This document shows, piece after piece, positions 25,632-38,386 of a DNA stretch of 64,000 bases. The translations under genes were made by a program, and so were the position numbers. The notes under the pieces were generated by a model. The model was given only the letters and a program-made list of their open reading frames with translations. It did no database searches and had not been told where the DNA came from. Within the stretch, counting starts at the first letter, position 1. Each line of letters starts with the position of its first letter. The DNA comes from Hemiscyllium ocellatum (lineage: Eukaryota), in the NCBI RefSeq assembly GCF_020745735.1, contig NC_083416.1, positions 69,837,131 through 69,901,130 of the forward strand, written 5' to 3'.

Positions 25632-25837
25632 AGTCTAGATTAGAGTGGTGCTGTAAAAGCACAGCAGGCCAGGCAGCATCCGAGGAGCAGGAAAATCGAC
25701 GTTTCAGGCAAAAGCCCTTCATCAGGAATAGAGTGCTATTTTCCTGCTTCTCGGATGCTGCCTGACCTGCTGTGCTTTTACAGCACCACTCTAATCTAGA
25801 CTCTGGTTTCCAGCATCTGCAGTCCTTGTTTTTACCT
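25632..25837. mobile_element. Short fold-back PLE-tail element (HHR family 1)
   Basis: Inverted arms agtctagattagagtggtgctgtaaaagcacagcagg / cctgctgtgcttttacagcaccactctaatctagact; HHR core on minus strand 25695-25729; TSD atgtgatc(c/t)atc(c/a)ag at 25617-25631 and 25838-25852. Confidence 0.9.
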
Positions 25838-27041
25838 ATGTGATCTATCAAGCCAGGTAGCACTCTGGGATATACGTTCCCAGTATGACCATCAACAAGG
25901 ATCATGACAATATGAAGTGGTGTGGATTTCATAACAAAGGGACAGAATTATGGCATTCCGACTCCTGATTTGTTTTTAAATACATTAAGCTCAAACTTGA
26001 CAAAAAAGCGATCTCATTCTAAGACATTAACACAAAGCTGCATCCAAACATGCATGGGTGAAACCCCTTTTGATGCTCACATCCATGCCATCCACAGCAA
26101 CTTGCTGTTATGATGTAACTCACGCCTGCTGGCTGGACATTGCAATCCACAGCTACTCAATAGCTGGTAGATAACACATAACTAACATTTGTTTAAATCA
26201 CAAATTTCACTAATTAAACAAGGAGTCGTATATACCCAAAAAGAATTGATCATCTATAAGAACCAAAATACTCTCAGAACTATTTTAAACACCATCAGTC
26301 AAAACATCTGAGAACTGAAAATGATTTGCTCATGCTGATTAAATCTTCTACTGAGAATGATTGAAATTCTTATCTTTTACATGCCAGAAGTTCTTTAAGC
26401 ATCTTTATTTCATGAAATGTGAACAAATGTGAAAGCTAAACAAACATATGGAAAAAATAACTATGTTTTCTGCATTTAAAATAGCTTTGGTACCACCAAA
26501 GATAAAGATCTTGAGTTGTGCAGTATAACAGTTGTGAGGTTGGAAAAACTGACGCTATAGGAAATGGTGAAATGGCCACTCAAATTAACTAGTTCTCTGA
26601 AGGGACTTTTGATACAAGAGATGAGATGCGGTTTACCAATGTTCATAGTAACTGAAATGAAGCATTAGTTTCATATGTACCACTCTTTTATCAGATTAGG
26701 TTCAATTTTTGCTATTCTTCCTGACTGTTTTAAAATTCTGTTAGCTGTAATTCCAGTAAAGTATTCACTGAGGCTGTAGTGTTATGGAATATTGGTTGAA
26801 ACTCTGAAATCAGGCCATAACATCCCAAGAATCAAATGGCAGGTTGACAGAGATTGGTGGCAAATAGGAGGGAGCAAACACAGAAGGGACAATATGAATT
26901 TATATAGCATCTTTCATGATTTTAGAATGCTCCTACCACAAAAGTGTAACATTTCTTGCAATGTAAAAATTTGCACACAGGCAGATCCCATGTACAGGAA
27001 TATCATTTTGTTCTGTGGTGGAACTGGTCCTCCTGTGAGCA

Positions 27042-27612
27042 CACAGAACACACCAGATGACCTCCTTCTTTGAAGACTGCAATTTCCCTTCCCACGTGGT
27101 CAATAATGTCCTCCAGTGCATCTCCTCCACTTATCATACCTCCGCCCTCAAACCCCACCTCTTCAACCACAGCAAGGACAGAAACCCCCAGTCCTCACCT
27201 TCCATCCCACCTCTGCTTTGGAACCTCCAACCATTCAACTGATTTCACCAGTCTCCTCATTTTCCATCCACCCACCATATCCCAGTTCCAACCTTCCAAC
27301 TTGGCACCGCCCACCTGACCTGTCCTACCTATCCATCTTCCTTCCGAGCTATCCACTCCACCCTCCTCTCCGACCTATCACCATTACCCTCCACCTCCAT
27401 CTACCTATAGCACTCTGTTACCTTCCACCTGACCCCACACCCCTCCTATTTATCTCTCCACCTCCTTGGCTCACAAGCATCATTCCTGATGACGGGCTCT
27501 TGCTCGAAACATTGATTCTCCTGCTCCTCCGATGCTGCCTGACCTGCTGTGCTTTTCCAGCACCACACTCTCAACTCTAATCTCCAGCATCTGCAGTCCT
27601 CACTTTCTTCTC
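27042..27612 (+). mobile_element. Internally deleted PLE fragment
   Basis: MTSFFEDCNFPSHVV corresponds to MASFFRDRNFPSHMV; pyrimidine-rich 3' UTR; decayed HHR attcctgatgacgggctcttgctcgaaacatt. Confidence 0.85.
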
Positions 27613-27791
27613 TTTGGATTAATAGTCTAATGATAATAATATTAGACCGTTGATCAGATATTCCATTCCATAGTGATGATGGATGTAAGATAAATATTGC
27701 ACTGGAGACTGTGAAGAACTTTCTTTTATTCTTCAAAAATATGCTATAGGATCCTTCACCTTTGCCTGAGCAAGAAGACAGGACCTCAGGC

Positions 27792-28160
27792 TTTTTTTTA
27801 TTCTTGGGGATTTAGGAGTTGAGGGCAATTGTTGCCCATCCCTAACTTGAACTGATACGTTGCCAGATTATTCCAGGGGACAGTTAAGAGTCAACTACAT
27901 TGCTGTAGATCTGGAGTCACACGTCTGCCAAATAAAGCAAGGGCATGAGATTTCCTTCCCTTGAGGACTTTGTGATCTAAATGAGTTTTTACAACAATGG
28001 TTTTATGGTTTTCACCATTACTGATTTACAATCCAGATTTGTTAATTGAATTTAAATTCCACTTGTTGTTATGGTTTGATGTGAATTCATACCCCCAAAA
28101 AATTAGTCCAGGTCTGAGGGTTACTAATCTAGGGATATTACCGCTACACCACTGCTTCCT
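27792..28160 (-). mobile_element. tRNA-derived SINE (same family as 33628-33965)
   Basis: Reverse complement of tail (ttgcccatcccta) and body (cagttaagagtcaactacattgctgtagatctggagtcaca). Confidence 0.7.
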
Positions 28161-29922
28161 AACTTATTAAGAGTTAGGAACACAACAGGATAACTGCCCT
28201 TCAGCACTGCATTGAAGTGTTGGCCTACATCTTGTGCTTAAGTTTATGGAGTGTGACTTGACTCCAGCACTATGCTTCTGCCAGTCTTTTAAGCAGTGAA
28301 TTTCAGATTAAAACAAAGCGCTGTGTAAAATGTTTCCTTGTTTTCCTTCTAATTCTTTTGCCAGATATCTTAAATCTGTGTCCTCTGGTTACTAATCCAT
28401 GTAGCAGTGGAAACATGTTTTCTTTATTTATTTTAGCAAATCAATCTGCAATAATCTTATCCATCTCCCAGTGCCAGGATACAGAACTGCAGCAAACATT
28501 TGGAAATGAGCCACTCTACAAGTTTTCTGGGTGAACTGAGAGCAGAACAACTGGAGTTTACCAACAATTAATGACTGTTTAAGCTAAAAGTATAGGGCAA
28601 CAGTTTTAACATTTATCATTGGGAAATAAATTAGGTGATAGCATGGGAAATAGGCTAGTTAAGGTAGGGTGGGGGATGAAGGGAAGTAACAATTTGGTGC
28701 TTAAATTGCATATTGAATTCTAATGGATGTATAAGATTAGTCCACCCTCACTAAAGTGCAACCATGCAAATAATGGATTCAGATGAGGCTAAAATTGTAA
28801 CTGCTCAATTTCAACTTTTAATCTCTGGCATCTATCCAAGAATAGGAGTAACTCAGACCATAGCTGAATGAGGATGGTACTAGGGTCTTAAAGGAGAATT
28901 ACTATATTTCATAATACTATTAATTAAAGGCTCATTACTTTGCATTAGTTGTTTCTCATTTATATATTTTGGAGGCACCTACCTTCTTTGGAATTTTTCC
29001 TCTTCTTTGGGCAATTCCGTAAATGAAAGGGATGTTGCAAAACATTTCTCCACATTGGGTTTCCCATTTATTTCTTAAGAGCAGAAAGAGGAAGGCTAAC
29101 AGTACTATACAGTCCAATAAGCCAGGTTTATAATGAGAGACCAAATAATCCTTGCTCAGTTGCCCAGCCTGCATATCTTGAATATTTCACTGCAATTGTG
29201 AGTAGGCAGTTGTGCTTTGTCCCAGATATCCTGCAAAACCTTTGCACCATCCTCCAGGGAGATTTACAAAAGTTCAGCCAGGATTGATGATAAACTTACT
29301 GTGGCTTGGGAAGCTGTTATCGCACTTAATTTTAATTTTAGTTACTGGCATATTCAGGTCAGTTAGTGTGCTGACATTCGTTCGGAGGTCATTTATGTCC
29401 AGTTTGCCATGGTAGATTAATTCTTTACATTTGATACAGATTGAATAAGCAGGACTTTCATTTCATAGGATCACTCAGCTTTCATGAATTTCTGGGGCTA
29501 CAGATTGAATCAATGAATTCCATACGAGTCTATAATGTCAATGCACCACTGTGAAAGAAACAAAAGTGGATTTTGCTCTCCTCTTGTCCAGCTATTAACT
29601 GATTATATATAGGGAGCTGGTCAGTGCCCAATGTACATGGAGCCATCCTGATTCATTTATCCTTTTCCAGTGTAATGCCATTGCAGTTGTTCAGAATTGA
29701 AGAGAAGATATTGGCTGCCTTCTTGAAGATAAGGAATATCTAAAATGACTGTGGTTGTTAACCCATTTGACAATAACTATTAATTAAGTTGAAGTTTTGG
29801 AATAAAATTTGCATCCTCAATTAAACTAAGATTGTACAGGCTGTGTGCACGCAGAAAGAAAGATTACTTGCTTGGGATAGACAAGAAAGTTGCTTTCACT
29901 GCAACCACAGCATTGCCATTTA

Positions 29923-30262
29923 AGGGCAACACAATAGCTCAGTGGTTAGCACTACTGCCTTACAGAGCCAGGCACTCAGGTTCGATTCCAGCCTCAGATA
30001 GTGACTGTGTGGAGTTTGCACATTCTCCCTATGTCTGCGTGGGTTTCCTCCTGGTGCTGCAGTTTCCTCCCACTGTCCAACGATGTGCAGGTTAGGTGAA
30101 TTGACCATGCTAAATTGCCCATAGTGTTCAGGGATGTGTAGATTAGATGCGTTAGTCAGGGTTAATTGTAAAGTAGAAGGGAAATGGGCCTGGGTGGGTT
30201 AGTCTTTGAAGGGTTGGTGTGGACTTGTTGGGTCAAAAGTTTCCACACTGTTGGGATTCTTT
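29923..30262 (+). mobile_element. Near full-length HE1-type V-SINE
   Basis: A-box tagctcagtgg, B-box ggttcgattcc, V-domain gtgtggagtttgcacattctccc...gggtttcctcc, tail. Confidence 0.92.
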
Positions 30263-30689
30263 GATACAATTACCTCTTGAACTGTGCTGACCTGCTTATC
30301 CACCATTATCCTGTCCCTCAAGGAGTCATGAAAATTGAGATTTCTGAAGAGGAGGCAGAGTCAAACACTAAACCCCCTGAGATGCAGGAAGTCAGACATG
30401 AGAAGGCCACAACAGGGTCACAGACAGCTCTTGGGAGGGAGCTGCAAGACAATTTCAGCAGACAACCTTGCAATAATGTCAATAACATGCGATTATATTA
30501 TAGCTGTACAACATCTGTAATAACTAGGAAGCTCAGTGTAATTCAAATGTACAAATGCCTAGAAAACTTGCCTGTCAGGCACATCTTTCCTTTCAGAAGG
30601 TTAGAGAATAGAAATCAGGCTTTGTCAATGGTGTAAAACTGGGAGTATTGATATGTGTGCTTGCTAATAAATTCCAGTGATTATCCTTG

Positions 30690-31050
30690 TCCTGATGCCC
30701 CACTCCAAAGCATAAACCAGGATAACACTTTACTGAGGTAGTACTGCATTTCCGAAATTGAATTTTTGAATAAGACATTAAATCAAGGCAATGTCCAACC
30801 TCGATGGAAAGTGTGAAATATCTCAATTTTAGAAAAGTAGAAAAATTCTCCTCATGCCTCAGTCAATATTTATTGCTGAAACATCATTACGAAAACAAGT
30901 TGATGAACATTATCTCATTGTTTCTCATGGGCCCTTGCTACATGCAATTTAACCACCATATTTTCCAAAGTATCACAGTAACAATTTTTGAGAAGTATTA
31001 ATTGGTTATAAAGTGTTTTGGGTCATCTCAAAGGAAAATATGTCCTTTTT
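30690..31050 (+). mobile_element. Decayed Deu-domain SINE
   Basis: tactgaggtagtactgcat core and aattggttataaagtgttttgggtcatc tail. Confidence 0.55.
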
Positions 31051-31189
31051 ATTAATCATTAAAAGCAGAATTCCTGGAAGAGTCATAAATTCACAGCTTA
31101 TTTTACAGGTTCCATGACACAGCCTTTTCAATGGAAAAATGAAAGACATTATTGGCATATTTCTGACACAGCAACAACAATTTGAAGTC

Positions 31190-31500
31190 AAGATTCCAAG
31201 GCATCACCTTCCAAACACCAGAGCACTACACTGAGGAGGGCAAAGACAGCAGATACATGGAAATACCACCTCCTGCAATTTCCCCTCCAAGGCACTCATC
31301 ATCCTGATTTGGAAATAGATCACCTTACCTTCACTGTCATTGGGACAATATATTGGAAATCCCTCCTCAATGGTATGTGAATTTACCTATAACATGTGAG
31401 CTGCAGAAGTTCAAAAAGGCAGCTCACCACCATCTTCTCAAGGGCAATTAGGGACGGACAATAAATGCTCGCCAGCCAGTGATGCCCACATCCCATAAGA
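31190..31500 (+). mobile_element. CR1-like LINE 3' end sharing its tail with the SINE at 33628
   Basis: aagggcaattagggacggacaataaatgct...gatgcccacatccca. Confidence 0.75.
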
Positions 31501-33199
31501 AAACTGCAAAGAAATTTGAATATTAATAACTGAGAAGTCATTTAGAATCATCAGTGTGTTCTCCCCTTGTGACATTTCACATTTTCCTCATTTCTAGAAT
31601 GACTGATTTCCCTTAAGTGTTTCAGAAGGTCTAAAGTGTGAAATGCAGTTGACTTCTTGTGATGAAGGTGGCTTAATTCTCAACATGTTGAATCCTGGGA
31701 TAGATACAGGACAGACTAATTTTCTGAGCTTAGTATCACCAAGACCCCAGTCTGCTATTAATTTTCACCACTAGTGCTGGTTGAGTAAACTGACAATAGA
31801 GTGCTCACGTATTGCATTCTGGCATAGCAAGTGTTCTTAGAATCACTTTCTGCTCTCCACTATGCATGGGAAGAGGATAATCTGTTCTTTTTGAAATTAG
31901 CAATATTCTTTAATCTCTCAGACAGTGTAATGCAAATATCTTCTCAATTACCTTTAATATCCTGTGAATTCCACAAAATGGTCAATTTGACATCTCAGTA
32001 TTTGATAAATAGGATGCCCATCATTCCACCAGTCGAGGCCTAAATGTCAGGAGTCAAGGTCCGTCTTGCCAACAGTCACTTTTTTTAATGCAACAATCAC
32101 AGTGGCCATTCACTCCAGACTGTTCTGCTGGATTGAAATATTTTCTCTGATGTTGCTGTAAGTGGCAGTTATAGTCAAGTGCAGTCATCCCTACCCATCT
32201 ACTGAAAAGTTTCAATGGGCCACATTTTCCTATGAGCTTGATGCTTTCCAGAGCTTTCCTCCCACCATCATCATCCTCCAGGTCTGCAGCAGCAGTTAGT
32301 GTTATTATCCAGGTTCAACTGAGGGAGTTTAAAGATTTCATTCACCTCCATTTCTTGCACTTTTCAATTGCAGGACTTATTCCTGTGTAAATACAAGCTC
32401 TTTTCTTCATCAATAAAGTTACTGCTTACAGTTCATTACAACTGCTCTTCTTACTTTTATTTTAAGTTCTGTGGGAATATTCTGCCTGAGAATTGCCTGT
32501 GCTATACCACAGACTGTCTACTTTGCCCTATGTCAGACAGTCAGGTGGAGCAGTGTGAAAATGTTGTTGCTGTCAGACTTAAAAAATAATGCCATCAAAA
32601 TTCCATTCTTTGCTTGCTCTCTTTCATCATAACTGGCATGTGGATTCATTTTCAGAGCATTTCAAATATATTTGTCATCATGTTTCTTTTAACGTGTGGG
32701 TAATTTCTTCCAGTGCTAATTGTACTCAGTTGACTTGTGAGTGGAACTTGACGATCACAATCTGAGATGTGACTGACTACCAGTTGTGAATAAATCTATT
32801 GAAGTTTATTGCTTGCTGCATGAGGTTTTTCCTTCATTTAAACCCAAACAATTATGAAATTGAAACCTGTCTTTTAGTTGTTCCATGGTACGTATGAATG
32901 TGCTGCTTGATCTTAGAACTATGTTTATAAAATTTACATGGTGACAAGAACTCTTTAACTTTTGGGACTCCCCCAGATTTTTCAACAGTGTACCCAGTGC
33001 GTATTTGAAGGTATCAGGTTAACTATTGGTTCGCTCTCAGCTCCATGATCGCCACCACAATGCCTGTTTGACCTCTATAACATCTGAATTGAGGAGACCA
33101 AAAATACAATCCCCACTTACCATCCTCTACCTAGAAACAGCATGTGGGGTAAGGTGAGGCATAGGTCAGTTTGTGGTCCCATAATACACAAAGGAACCA

Positions 33200-34620
33200 A
33201 TAACTTGCATTTGTATAACGCCCCCTCCACATGCAAAAATTCAAAGATACCTCAGACACATTTACATGAGAGAGGAAGTCAAGCAGGAGTTGGGAAGTAT
33301 GGGAAAATATGTGGTTTGAGTCAGGCTTTTGAAGAATGTCAAATGTGTAGTGGTTAGGAAGGGGGTTCCATTGAGCAGGGGAGAAGAAAAGCAATAGAAA
33401 CTGTTCACCATAAGGTAGATGGTGGCAAGTTAACCATTACTGGATAATCAGAGAATGCTGATTGGCGTATACAAGTTTACTTATGAGGCTACCAGCATGA
33501 CAAAAGCATTAGAAAATGCACACTTAAAAAGTTTACTAAAGAGGTGAATTTTCAGATGTTCTATATTTCAAAGAAGGAGAGACAAGTGAAGGCACAAAGG
33601 AATTCAGGGAGGAACTTCATAGGATAGGGGAGACAATGACATAGTGGTACTGACGTTGAACTAAACCCCAGGCCAAAGTTTTGGGGACATTGATTTGAAA
33701 TCCCACCATGGCAGATAGTGAAATTTGAATCCAGTAAAAATCTATTGGCAACCAGGTAATCATTGTCGATTATTGTTCAAAACTTGTCTGGCTCATTAAT
33801 ATCCTATTGAGAAGGAAATCTATCATCCTTTCATGGTCTGGCCAACTTGTGACACCAGACTCACATCAATGTGTTTGATTCTTAACTACCCTGCGGGGCA
33901 AGCGAAGATTCGCAATAAATGCTGGCCAAGACAGTGATGCCCACATCCCATGAATAAATAAATGGAAAGAGAGTACAGCCTCATTGACTGAAAGCAGATG
34001 AAAAGATTTGGAGTGCTCAAAAAAAGGGAGAATAGAAAGCAATTGAAGATTTGGAGCATCTCCAAAATTCAAGGCTGGAGAAGGTGAGAGGAGTGGGGCG
34101 GTCTTAGATCATTAATGGATTCCAACAAGGGACTGAGAATTATAAATCTGAGGCTTTGGTTCCTGACAATCCATTTGAACACAAAGAGTCATGGATGCAA
34201 AATAGGTGAGGTTTCAGAGGAGTTAAAGTTTACAATGGGTTGTGAATGAGAACCCAGTCAAGAGAAATTGGAATAGTCATGCCTGGAGGTGACAAAAGCA
34301 TAGAGAATGGTTTCATAACAGATAGGATAAAGGGAATGATCTTCATGATGGAGAGTTTTGGAAACTCAAATAGGAGTTTGGATCAAGCAAGATACCATGT
34401 TTACAAAGCTGAACCACAATAGGTTTCATCTTCCCAATATTTAATCAGAGAATATTACAATTCACCTAGGACTAAATGTCATACAATGTAATGTTGTAAA
34501 GGGGTCAAGTGAGTGATAAAGGGGTAGAGCTGACTATCAGTAAGGCAGATGTAGATCTTGACCAATGCAATCTATTAGAAAAAAACACGTAAATAGTGAA
34601 GAAAAGATGATCAAGGACAG
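33200..34620 (-). mobile_element. Highly decayed L2-like LINE
   Basis: ttggaatagtcatgcctggaggtgacaaaagcat reads on the minus strand like the L2 motif AFVTSRLDYSN; 3' tail acttgcatttgtataacgcc. Confidence 0.55.
33628..33965 (+). mobile_element. tRNA-derived SINE with CR1-like tail
   Basis: gggagacaatgacatagtggtac head, tgaaatcccaccatggcagat, tail caataaatgctggcc...gatgcccacatcccatgaataaataaa. Confidence 0.75.
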
Positions 34621-37600
34621 ATTATTGATTGTTACCAAAAGTTGCAGTATGTGGACAGTTGAATGATCATTGGTGACATGCCCTGGTTACAGGTGGAGAA
34701 AGAAATAATAAAAAAGAAACAAAATGAAAAGCAAAACAAAACAAAACAATGAAAAGATGCAAGTGCATTACCATTCAAACTGAAGATAGAGGGATTAACA
34801 CACAGAGTTGCCAAAATATTGGCCACATATTTGGTAACAGCAGTATCTTCACAGATTGAGGCAAGGAAGGCAGGTTGGAGATGGCACAACAGTTTCTAGG
34901 GAAACAGGGATTACAACAGGGTTTTGTGAAAAGGTGATGACAGAAAAAGGATTGTAAAAAGAAAGGAAACACCTCCCAAGGATAGAAAATTATTTGCAGC
35001 ATGGCACTAAAGGACAATTTAGTGGACACAATTCAGTGGGAATGGGATCAATGGACCAGGATGTGAGGGTCATTGATAATGTGAATCTAGAGGCTATAAA
35101 GGAAAATAGAAATGATAATGCTGCAGATGTACCTTGAGGGAGATTTGGTTCATTGGACAGGAGGAAGGAAGAAACCAGCAGAGGCAAGTTAATGGGTTGG
35201 ATTCCATCTTAGTTGTGAGAGAACTCTTCTCATTTATTGGAGATGAGAGTGAAAGGATAGTGGAGAGTCATATGAAGAAACACTTTACAATAGATAAAAG
35301 AATCATTGCTCTCCAGCATGATTCTAGCAGGTTTAGCAGAAGAGGAGAAGGACCGATAGTGTTTAACATAAGCCAGTGAGTAAAGCTGGGGTTACACCAG
35401 GGTAAACAACCTGGTGTGGAGCATCACTATGTGAGGGAACTGAATCAATAACACTGGTTGCCTATACAGAAAAAAACTCAGCAGACCAGCTTTTCAGCTG
35501 TGGGTGTTCTTTGGACTCATTCATTGACTTAATATGCCAGTTTTCCACTTTACGTTTGCAGAACTTTCGATTGAAGAGATAATGCTAATGAAAGAAAAAT
35601 AGGAAAGCACTTTTGATATTTACAAGGGGAATAAATAGTGAAACCGTATTCAGTGAAAATAATGAATTGACTTAATACATAAATATTTGTGATGAGAAAA
35701 ACCTGTTTGTGCTGGAACATGCATACTTCTACCTAAAGATTTGCAAATATTTTGTTTCCTACCCTTTGCATCCCTTCTAGGCATGAAATCTGTTGAAGCA
35801 TCTGCATTGGGCAAGAAGTCAATAACTTTAAGTGTAGAACAGAAATTCCTCCTGTATTCCTCCCAATTGTCCACATTTATGTCTGACAGTGAAAGTCAAC
35901 TGCTTGGGCTGGGGAAGCAATTATTGAATGCAATCTGTCCTTGCCCAAACTTCACAACTGCAAATTTCCAGCAAAGATCAGGAGTAGAGTCCTGGCTAAT
36001 TTTCTGCTCTGGGTTAAGGGCACCTTGATCAGAAACATGCTACGTTTTGGTTTCTGAGAGAGCATATTCTTCTGAATTAAGCCACAAACCTAACTGTTAT
36101 GGCATAATACACATAAATTTCCCCTCTGAAAACTGCTGTTGGAGGAAGATGAGAATATGCATTCTTTGGAAAAGTCCCCCATCTATGTGTATACAACTGC
36201 TTCGCTTTTGCTCATTCATAGAAACTGACCACACTTTAAAAAATAGTATACAGTTTAAAAATACTGTCCCTGATACTTCAACCCAATCATATCTGTGCAC
36301 CAATCATTTATTCCACTCCGAAAAATCTAATTAACAGTAAAAGATAATCAGTACATTTTCTTTCCTGGTTCACTGTGAGAATACTTCAGTGGGAGTGGCT
36401 ATTAACCCTGGTTGGTGGCATCATTGTTGCTGGTTACCTGTAGAATCCCTTGATGTATCACCAAATTCAAACTAGTAATGGGAAGAAAGAAATTCCCACA
36501 TCACTGAATCATTTTGGAAATCTTCCTTTGCAGTCAATAATGAATGCTTTCACTTCACCCATTCTGTCATGGCAGCCTCTGCCATGTTTATTGCAGTGGC
36601 AGACAGTGGGCAGAGAACATAGAACATTACAGCATAGTACAGGCCCTTCGGCCCTTGATGTTGCGCCGATCTGTCATACCAATCTGAAGCGCATCTAACC
36701 TACACTATTCCATATACGTCCATATGCTTGTCCAATGATGACTTAAATGTACTTAAAGTTGGCAAATCTACTACAGTTGCAGGCAAAGCATTCCATACCC
36801 TTTTTACTCTCTGAGTAAAGAAACTACCTCTGACATCTGTCCTATATCTATCACCTCTCAATTTAAAGCTATGCCCCTCGTGCTCGCCGTCACCATTCTT
36901 GGAAAAAGGCTCTCCCTGTCCACCCTATCTAACCCTCTGATTATCTTATATGACTCTATTAAGCCACCTCTCAACCTTCTTCTAACAAAAACTGCCTCAA
37001 GTCCCTCAGTCTTTCCTTGTAAGGCCTTCCCTCCATACCAGGCAACATCCTAGTAAACCTCCTCTGCACCCTTTCCAAAGCTTCCACATCCTTCTTATAA
37101 TGCAGTGACCAGAACTGTACACAATACTCCAAGTGCAGCTCCACTAGAGTTTTGTACAGCTGTAACATAACCTCATGGTTCCGGAACTCGATTCCTCTGT
37201 TAATAAAAGCTTTCTTAACAACCCTGTCAACCTGGTGGCAACTTTCAAGGATCTCTCTGCTCATCTACACTACCAAGAATCTTACCATTAGCCCAGTACT
37301 TTGCATTCCGGTTACTCCGACCAAAGTGAATCACCTCACACTTGCTCGCATTAAACTCCATTTATCACCTCTCAGCCCAGCTCTGCAGCTTATCTATGTC
37401 TCTCTGTAACCTACAATATCCTTTGTCACTATCCACACTCCATCGACCTTAGTGTCGTCTGCAAGTTTACTAACCCACCCTTTTACGCCCTCAGCCAGGT
37501 CATTTACTGGAACAGCAGTGGACCCAACACTGACCCTTGCAGTATACCACTGGTAGTTGGACTCCAGGATGAACATTTCCCATCAACCACCACCCTCTGT

Positions 37601-37691
37601 CTTCTTTCAGCAAGCCAATTACTGATCCAAACTGCTATATCTCCCACAATCCCATTCCTCCACATTTTGTACAATAGCCTACTGTGGGGAA

Positions 37692-37912
37692 GGAGAAAGT
37701 GAGGACTGCAGATGCTGCAGATCAGAGCTGAAAATATGTTGCTGGAAAAGCACAGCAGGTCAGGCAGCATCCAAGGAGCAGGAGAATCAATGTTTCAGGC
37801 ATGAGCCCTTCTTCAGGAATTCCTGAAGAAGGGCTCATGCCTGAAACGTCGATTCGCCTGCTCCTTGGATGCTGCCTGACCTGCTGCGCTTTTCCAGCAA
37901 CACATTTTCAGC
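37692..37912. mobile_element. Near-perfect fold-back PLE-tail element with two back-to-back HHR motifs and 14-bp TSD
   Basis: TSD cctactgtggggaa at 37678-37691 and 37913-37926; symmetry centre gaattc 37817-37822. Confidence 0.93.
37819..37854 (+). ncRNA. Minimal hammerhead ribozyme motif (family 1), intact core
   Basis: attc-CTGAAGA-a-gggc-tcat-gcct-GAAAC-GTC-gatt. Confidence 0.8.
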
Positions 37913-38386
37913 CCTACTGTGGGGAAACTTATCAAACACCTTGCTGAAATCCATATACACCACATCAACTGGTTTACTCTCATCTACCTGTTTGGTCACC
38001 TTCTCAAAGAACTCAACAAGGTTTGTGAGGCACAACCTACCCTTCACAAAACCGTGCTATTATCCCTAATCAAATTATTCTCTTCTAGATGATTATAAAT
38101 CCTACCTCTTATAACCTTTTCCAACACTTTACCAACAACTGAAGTAAGGCTCACTGGTTTATAATTACCAGGATTGTCTCAACCCCACCCCCCCTCCCCC
38201 TTTCTTGAACAGGGGAACCACGTTTGCTATCCTCCAGTCTTCTGGCACTATTCCTGTAGACAATGATGATTTAAAGATCAATGCCACAGGCTCAGCAATA
38301 TCCTCCCTGGCTTCCCAGAGGATCCTCGGATAAATCCCATCCGGCCCAGGGGATTTATCTATTTTCACACTCTGGATTTCTAATAC

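Noticed and set aside
30277-30636. 119-aa ORF with acidic stretch as a host exon or Harbinger relic
   Set aside because: No recognisable motif or convincing splice sites.
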